From positions 5,488 to 69,487 of the forward strand of contig CBDUPA010000026.1 of the NCBI GenBank assembly GCA_965368975.1: 64,000 nucleotides of DNA, given 5' to 3'. The position numbers and the translations under genes were made by a program. Below the pieces are notes generated by a model. It was not told the DNA's origin. It searched no databases and saw nothing but the letters and a program-made list of their open reading frames with translations. This document shows, piece by piece, positions 16,701 through 25,700 of the stretch. Each line of letters starts with the position of its first letter. Position 1 is the first letter of the stretch. This DNA comes from an uncultured bacterium (GTDB lineage: Bacteria; Acidobacteriota; Thermoanaerobaculia; Multivoradales; JAHZIX01).

Positions 16701-19700
16701 CCATGGCGTTGCAAGAACCCGGCAGCGCCAGCCCGACCAGGTCGCCGGGGGCGACACCGGTGCGTCGCAGGCGCGCGGCCAGGGCCCGTGCGTGGCGCAC
16801 GAGGTGACCGTAGCTCAACCGCCCGTCGGCCGCCTCCACGGCAATCGCATGGGGGCGCCGCGTGGCTTGACGCAGCACCAGGTCGTGCAAGCAGTCGTGC
16901 GGTGTCGCCTCGGGAACGGCGAGGGACTGCCGCCAGTCGACCGTCGTGGCGTTCCACTCGACCACCACGCGTGTGGCCTCCGCCGGGCTCATCACTGGCA
17001 GTGCCGCAACATCAATGCCATCGGCTTGCGACGCGACCGCCGCCAGCAGCGTCTGGAAGCCGTCGATCAAGCGCTCGATGGTGTCGGTTTCGAACAGGTC
17101 GGTGCTGAAGTCGATGAGGCCAGCCAGCTGGCCATTGCCCTCCTTGGTCCCTGCTTGCGGCGCCTGCTCCTCCAGAGAGAGGGTCAGGTCGAAGTGCGAA
17201 GTCTCAGAGTCGGGTTCCAGCATCTCGAAGGGGATGCCGGCGAAATCGTCGCCCACGGGCGGCGTGTTGTGGAACACCAGCATCACCTGGAACAGCGGGT
17301 TGACGCCCGCGTCACGCTGTGGCCGCAGCTCGCTGACCAGGCGCTCGAAGGGCAGTTCCTGGTTGGCGAAGCCGCCGGTCACCACTTCTTTGACCCGCGC
17401 TACCAGACGTGCGAAGTCGGAGTTCGGATCGATCACGGTGCGCAGCACCACGGTGTTGACGAAGAAGCCGATCAGTTCCTGCGTGCGCGGCTCTTCGCGG
17501 TTGGCCACCGGCGTGCCGACGCACACGTCCCACTGTCCGCTCCAACGCGCCAGCAGCAGCTGGAAGGCGGCGAGTACGACCGGGAACATCGTCGCTTTGG
17601 CTTGGCGGGCGAGCGTGCGCAGGCCGGCGAGGACGGAGCCCGGCACGCTGAAAGTGAGGCGGCGGCCTCGGAAGCTGTGCACGGACGGGCGGGCGTGGTC
17701 GAGCGGCAGTTCGAGGATCGGTGGCGCACCCGCCAATTGCCGGCGCCAGTACTCCAGCTGAGGCGCCAAGCCGTCCTGGCCTGGCGCGCTCGCCTTGCCG
17801 GCTTCATCCAAACGTCGACGTTGCCAGACGGCGTAGTCTGCGTACTGGATCGGCAGCTCGGGCAAGCGTGCCGCGGCGGTGTCGTCTGTCCCGGATTGCT
17901 GACTGTACAAGGCCGCCAGGTCGCGGAACAGGACGCGGCCGGACCAGCCGTCGAGGATCGAGTGGTGCATCGTCAGACCGAGGTAGCAGGCCTCTTGGCT
18001 CTTGCTCTTGCTCTCGTCATCATCCGCGGCCTCTTCCCGGACGTGCCACAGCCGAGCTCGCCACAGCGGTGCCCGCGCCAGGTCCATCGGCCGTGCCAGG
18101 TCGCGCAGCGTCTGCTGGCGCACGAAGGTCTCGGCGCCACGAATACGCCGCAGGTCGATCACCGGTAGCTCGACGGGGCCGGGCTCTTCGATTCGCTGTA
18201 CCGGCTTGCCGTCGTCGAGCACGAAGGCGGTGCGCAGCACTTCGTGGCGGCGCGCCAGCTCGGCCAGCGCGCGCCTCAGGGCGCCGGCGTCGAGCCGCCC
18301 GTGCAGGTGTAGCACTACCGGCAGGTTGTAGGCCGCCGAGCCGCCGTCTCCATCCCCGTCGGCACCCAATTGTGCGAGTAGCCACAAGCGTTCCTGGCTG
18401 TCCGACAGCGGTAGCGGTTGGCTGCGGGGTGCCGGCGCCAGCTCGCCAGTCATCGGCCGCCGGGCGTCGATCAGGGCTGCTTGTTCGGCGACCGTCGGTG
18501 CCTTGCCCAGGATCTCGGTCGCTCGAACCTCGACGCCGAAGCGGCGACGCAGAAGGTGCGCCAGCTGCGTGGCGAGCAGGGAGTGGCCACCGAGGTCGAG
18601 GAATTCGGCGTCGGGATCGACGGTCTCGAGGCCCAGTAGCTCGCGCCAGGCGTCGGCGACGGCTGCCGTCGTCCCCCCGAGGGGTACTGCGTCGGGCGTG
18701 CGAGCGGGCTCGGCTGGCCCAGGCCCGACATGCCCAGGCCCGACAGATCCAGGTGCGGCATCCTCCGCTGGAACCATCCCAGGAGTCGTGGCGCCGCGCC
18801 GCCCCGGCTCGATCCAGCAGCGCTGGCGTTCGAAGGGGTAGGTCGGCAGCACCACGCGGCGCCGTTCCTGGCCGGCCCAGAAGGTGTTTGGATCCACGTC
18901 GACACCAAGCAGCCACAGCCGGCCGACGGCTTCCAACACCTGCGCCAGGTCCGACGTCTCGTCGCGTGGATGCGGCAAGGTGCGGATGACGGGGTGATTC
19001 GTTCCTTGCGACTCGTTGCGGCGCACCAGGGTCGACAGCGTGTGCCCGGGGCCGAGCTCCAACAGCACGATGCCGCCCGGCTCGCTCTGGTGCAGCTCGA
19101 ACAGGCGTTGCAGGCTGTCGCCGAAGCGCACGGCGTGGCGCAGGTGACGCGTCCAGTAGTCGATCGACGCGGCCTCGGCGGGCTCGATCCAGCGGCCGGT
19201 GATGCAGGAGACGAACGGACGCTCGGGGGTCTTGGGAGCGGCGTGCTCGACCTCGGCGCGGTAGGCGTCGAGGATGGGTTCCATCAGCAAGGAGTGGGCG
19301 GCGGTGGTCAAGTGTAGGCGCCGGGTCTCGATCTCCTCCGCGGCCAACGTGGTCTCGAAAGCCTCGATGGCCGCGACCGTGCCGGCCACCACACAGTCGG
19401 ATGGGCTGTTGACGGTCGCCAGGGACAGCGTTTCAGCCATCCCGGTTTCGCGCAGCCGGGCCTCGACCTCGGCTGCCGGCCGGGTGACGGCGAGCATGGC
19501 GCCCGTCGGTGTCGCGGCCATCAGGCGACCGCGCGCGGCGACCAGTCGCAGTGCCGTGTCGCGCTCGAAGACACCGGCCAGCGTTGCGGCCACCAGCTCG
19601 CCCAGGCTGTGGCCGAGCATGGCTCGCGGCTCGATGCCCCAGCTTTGCCACAGCTGCGCCAGCGCGTACTCGACCAGGAACAGGGCCGGCTGCCCCAGGT

Positions 19701-22700
19701 CGAGTGTTGCCAGACGGCGCTGGGCGTCCTCGGCTGTGTGTTCGGAGGTATCACCGGTGGCCAGGATCAGCTCACGCAGGTCGAGGCCGAGCAGTGGCTC
19801 GAGCAGCGCGCAGCCTTCGTCCAGCTGGCGGCGGAAGACCTCTTCGTTGGCGTACAGCTGGCGCGCCATGCCGGCATGCTGGGTGCCCTGTCCTGCGAAG
19901 AGAAACACCACGGACGGTGGGCTCGGCGGTAGCTGGCCGAGCTGGCGCGCGCGCGGAGTGAGACCCCGCAGCTGCTGCACCGCCTGCGCCGGATCAGCCG
20001 CATCGACGATGGTCGTCAGGCGATGCTCGAAGTCCTTGCGACCGCGGTGCAGGGTGAAGGCGATGTCGGCGAAGTCGAGGCCTGCTGGTGATGCCGGCTG
20101 TTCCTCGAGGTGCTGGGCCAGACTGGCAGCATTGGCTTCCAAGGCTGCGGCCGTGCGGGCCGACAGGCGCAGCAGTTGCATGGGGTGACCCGGCCTGTCT
20201 GCGGCGCTCTCGGAAGCTGCCTCTTCCAGGATCACATGCGCGTTGGTGCCGCCGATGCCGAAGGCCGAGACCGCGGCGCGGCGCGGCGTCTCGCCCGCCG
20301 GCCAGGGTCGCGCCTCGGCTGGCACGTAGAAGGGCGAATCTTCGAGGTCGAGTTCCGGGTTGGGTGTCTGGAAGTGCAGGTTGGGTGGGATCTGCCGGTG
20401 CTGCAACGACAGCGCGGCCCGGATCAGGCCACCGACGCCGGCCGCGGTGTCCATGTGGCCGACCTGCGTCTTGAACGACGACAGCGCGATCGACTGCTCC
20501 TCCACGTGGGTTTGCTGTGTGTACGCGCGACGCAGCGCGTCGACCTCGATCGGGTCGCCGAGCACGGTGCCGGTGCCGTGACACTCGACGTAGCCCAGGC
20601 TGGCCGGTGCCACGCCGGCCCGCTGCAACGCCTTGACGATCACCCGCGTCTGCCCCTCGATGCTGGGCGCCGTGTAGCCAACCTTGGCGTCGCCGTCGTT
20701 GTTGATCGCCGTGCCCTTGATCACGGCCACGATCGGGTCGCCGTCGGCGCGCGCGTCGGCCAGGCGCTTGAGCACCACCATGCCGGCGCCGCTCGACTCG
20801 ACGGTGCCGCCGGCACGGGCGTCGAAGGCGCGGCAGTGACCGTCCGGCGAGGCGATGCTGTCGGCCACGTGCAGGTAGCCGACGCCGTGCGGGATCTGCA
20901 GCGTGCAACCGCCCGCCAGCGCCATGTCGCAGTCGCCGGAGAGCAGGCTCTGGCACGCCAGGTGGACCGCCACCAGTGAGGTCGAGCAGGCGGTCTGCAC
21001 CGATACCGCCGGGCCGCGCAGGCCGAGCTTGTAGGCGACGCGCGTGGCGGTGAAGTCCGGGCCGGTGGCGATCATCGATTGCACTTCGCCCTGCTGGTGC
21101 AGGATCTCTGGCCGCGTCAGCAGGTGCTTGACCAGATAGCCCGGCCCGCCTATCCCGGCGAAGACGCCGACTTCGCCGGGATAGGTGTCGCCAGCCCAGC
21201 CGGCCCGTTCGAGCGCTTCCCAGGCGCACTCGAGCAGCAGGCGCTGCTGCGGGTCGGTGAGCGCGGCTTCGCGAGCCCCGAAGTCGAAGAAGGCTGCGTC
21301 GAAATCGCGGATGTGGTCGACCTTGGTCCCGGCCGGCACGTAGTCCGGGTCGTCCACCCGCGCCGGATCTTCGCCCGCTTGCAGCAACTGCTCGCGGTCG
21401 AAGCGCTCGATCGCCTCGACGCCGTCGGTGATGCACCGCCACAGCGCGTCGATGTCCGGGGCGTGCGGGAAGCGGCCGGCCACCGCGACGATGGCGATGT
21501 CACGCCCGCTCGCGCTACCTGCTGCCGCCGTCGGGTGCCGTTCTGGTAGGAGCTGTTCTGGTGAGTGGACGGGGCGAGCGGATGCCGACTTGTCTCCCCC
21601 CGGCGCGCCGAGGAACCCCGCCAGCCGTCGTACGGTCGTGTGTTGGAGCAAGTCCAGGATGCGCACGCGCGGCCAGCGCTGCTTGAGGCGCAAGTGCAGG
21701 CGCGGCAGCAGCAGCGAATGGCCGCCGAGGTCGAAGAAGTTCTTGTCCGCCGGCACCGCGTCGAGGCCGAGTACCTGCCGCCAGAGTTCGGCGACGAACG
21801 CCTCCGCCTCGTCGGCCGGTGGCGCTCCCGCGGCCGTCTCGTGCTGCTCGTCTGGCAGCGGTCGCAGTGCCAGCGCCTTGCGGTCGATCTTGCCATTGGG
21901 GGTCAGCGGTAGTTCGTCGAGGCGGTCGAAGACCGCCGGCATCATGTAGCCGGGCAGGCGGGCGGCGGCGAAATCGCGCAGATCGGCGTCGGAGACGGTG
22001 GTCCCCGCTCCCGCGATGACATAGGCCACCAACCGCTGTCCGCGCACCAGCACTGCCGCCCCCGTCACCGATGGATGACGGCGCAGCGCGGCTTCGACTT
22101 CCCCCAGCTCGATGCGATACCCGTGCAGCTTGACTTGGTGGTCCAGTCGGCCGAGGAGCTCCAGCTCGCCATCGGCCCGCCAGCGAGCGCGGTCACCGGT
22201 GCGATAGAGCCGCTGACCGGCCTTGCCGAAGGGATCGGGCAAGTAACGCTCGGCGGTCAGGCCGGGCCGGCCGAGGTAGGCGCGTGTCACGCCCTCGCCC
22301 GCCAGCATCAGCTCGCCGAGGACGCCGATGGGCACCGCCTCGCCGCGCGCGTCGAGCACGTGGACCTGGGTGTTGTCGATTGGACCACCGATCGTCGGCT
22401 CGGCGTCACGGCCGCGCGATAGCAGCTTGCCCGATAGCAGCTTGCCCGGCACCAGCGAATACGTCGAGTAGGTGGTGTCCTCGGAAGGACCATAGAGGTT
22501 GTAGACCTTCACCGCCTTCGATGCCGCGTACACCTGGTCGACCAGCGCCCGCCGCAGGGGTTCGCCGGCCAGGTTGATCACCCGTGCGGAGTCTGGGATG
22601 CCTTCGGCGGCGGCGAGCTCGGCGATGGCCGAGGGCACGGTGTTGAGCAGCGTGACGCGCTCGCGGGCGGGGTGTTCGAGCAGATGCAGCGCGTCGCGAG

Positions 22701-25700
22701 CCAGGATCACCGTGCCGCCTTGGGTCAGCGGCAGGAACAGCTCGTAGATCGACAGGTCGAAGCACACCGAGGTCACTGCCGCCACGCCCGCCAGCTCGTC
22801 CGGCGGGAAGATACGCGCCGCCCAAGTCAGCATGGCGACGGCGTTGCGGTGGCTGATCTCGACACCTTTGGGGCGGCCGGTCGAGCCGGAGGTATAGATG
22901 AAGTAGGCGCGCTGCCGCGGGTCGACGCGGGACGCTGCCGGGGCTGCCGCTGCGTCTGCTGTCGGCGCCGCGAGGTCCAGCTCGTCGAGGAACAGCAGTT
23001 CTGGCCCCTTGGCCGTTTCGTCGGAGGGCTTGTCGACCAGCTCATCGAACAAATGGGCCAGCGCGCGGTCGGTGAGCACGCGTCGAGCACGCGTGTCCTG
23101 CACCATGAAGGCGAGGCGCTGCGGTGGGTAGGTGGGGTCGAGGGGCAGGTAGCTGCCACCCGCTTCCAGCACCGCCAGCAGGGCGACGACCAGTTCGGGC
23201 GTGCGCGGCAGGCAGACCGCCACCGCCTCCTCGGGCGCCACGCCGCGCCGACGCAGTAGCGCGGCCAGTCGGTGTACCCGCTGCCACAGCTGGGCGTAGG
23301 CCAGGGTCTCGACCGCCTCGGAGGTTCCTCCGGAGGTCCCCTCGGCGACTCCTTCGGCGATCAGCGCCGTCTGCGCTGGCGTCTGTGCCGCCTGCTGGGC
23401 CACCAGAGCGTGCAGCGTCACATCGGGCGGCAGCGGGCGCTCGGTGCGGTTGACCAGGTCGATCAGCTGGCGGTCGGCGGCCGGTACCAGCGGTAGTCGC
23501 CAAAGCGGCAGTTCGGGGTGGTCGAGCACGCCCTGGAGCAGCAGTCGATAGGCCTCGAACAGGCGTTCGATGGTGGTGGCGTCGAACAGTGCGGTGGCGT
23601 ACTCGACGGACACGCGCAATCCCTCGGCGCGGTCGAAGATGGTCACTTCGACGTCGAACTTGGCCGTGCCGCTGTGGCCGTGGAGCGGGCGCTGGTCGAG
23701 CCCGGGAAGCGACGGGGCCAGTTCCATCGCCAGCACCTGGAACAGCACCTGGAAGAACGGCGTGCGTGCGGCATCGCGCGTCGGTTCGAGCTCCTGCACC
23801 AGCCGCTCGAAGGGCAGCGCCTGGTGGATCTGCGCTCCCACCACCGTCTGGCGCGTGTTGGCCAGCAGATCGGCGAAAGTGCGGTTGCCATGCTCTGCAG
23901 CGGCCAGGTCGAGGCGCAGTACCAGGGTGTTGGCGAACAGGCCCACCAGGTTCTCGAACTCGGTGCGGTAGCGGCCGGCCGACGGCGTGCCTACAGCCAG
24001 GTCGTGGTGGCCGCTGAAGCGTGCGAAGAGGACGTAGAAGGCAGCGAGAAGTGCCGTGAACAGCGTCTCACCGTGCTGGCGGGCGAGGCCACGCAGGCCC
24101 TCGGACAGCTCGCCGGGCAGGGTCACTACATGCAGTGCGCCGTCCGCCTGCTGCACCCTCGGCCGTGGTCGGTCCGCGGGCAGGTCGGCCGGCTCCAGAC
24201 CATCGAGCTGACGGCGCCAGTAGGTCACCAGTCGCTGCTGCTCGGCTTCCTCCAGCCAGCTCGCCTGCCAGGCGGCGAAGTCGGCGTACTGCAGCTCGGG
24301 CTCGGGTAGCGGTGACGCTTGCCCCTGGTGGAAGACGTTGTAGAGCTGCGACATCTCCTTGGCGATCAGGTCCTGCGACCAGCCGTCCGTGGCGATGTGG
24401 TGGATGTTGAGGATCAAGACGTGCAGCTCGGCACCTGCCCTCAGCAGACGCGTGCGCCATACCGCGTCGTGCTCCAGGTCGAAGGGCGCGCCGGCTTCTC
24501 GCGCCACCAAGTCCCTGGACTTGCGCTGGCGGTCGGCGTCCTGGAGGCCGCTCAGGTCGACGATCTCGAGGTGCCAGGGCCGTGGCGGATCGACCAGCGC
24601 CACCGGCTCGCCGTCGCGACTGCCGTAGCGCGTGCGCAGCACGGCATGGCGGCGGGCGACATCGGCCAGGGCGCGGTCGAGGGCCTGGATGTCGAGGGCA
24701 CCGTGTAGCTCGAAGGCGGAAGGGATGTTGTAGAGCGCCGAACTCAGCTCCAGCTGGTGTAGGAACCACAGTCGCCGCTGGCCGAAGGAGAGCGGTGCTG
24801 GCCGCGTCGGGTCGAGGCGCGGAATCGGTGGCAGCGCCGCCGCCGTCGAGGTGCCGGCCGCCTGGACCTCTTGGATGCGCCGCGCCAGCGCGGCGACGGT
24901 GGGGTGCTCGAAGATCTCGTGCAGCGACAGTTCCAGGCCCAGGATGTCGCGCACGCGAGCCAGCAGCTGGGTAGCCAGCAGCGAGTGACCACCGAGGGCG
25001 AAGAAGCTGGTCTCGACGCCCACCCGCTCGGCGCCCAGCACCTCGCACCATAGCGCCGCGATTTGTCGCTCGAGATCGTTGCGCGGCTCGACCAACTCAG
25101 CCTCGCTGACGCCAGCGTGTTCGAAGTCGAAGGCCGGCAGGGCTCGCCGATCGACCTTGCCATTGGCGTTCAATGGCAGTTCATGAAGGAACTGGAAGCC
25201 GGTGGGGACCAGGTACTCCGGCATGCTCTGCCCGAGGAACGACCGCAGCTCTTCGACGCTCGGTGCCGCGACCTCGGCTCCAATCACGACGAAGGCCACC
25301 AGCCGCTTGGAGCCTCGGCCGTCGTCCTGCATCACCACCGCCCGCTCCTTGATCGCCGGGTGCTGACCCAGCTGCGCCTCGATCTCACCCAGCTCGACGC
25401 GGAAGCCGCGCACCTTCACCTGGTGGTCGATGCGGCCGATGTAGTCCAGCACCCCGCTGGGTAGCCAGCGCACCAGGTCGCCGGTGCGGTAGACGCGCGC
25501 GCCAGGCTGCTCGTGACCCACGCGTGCCGAGCAGGGATGGGGGATGAAGACGCCCGCGGTCAGCGCCGGTCGCCGGTGGTAGCCCTGCGCCAGACCGGGG
25601 CCACCGACCACCAGCTCGCCCGCTGCACCAATTGGTGCCGGCCGTTGCCAGCGGTCGAGCACCAGTACCTCGGTGTTGCCGACCGGCTCGCCGATCGGTA

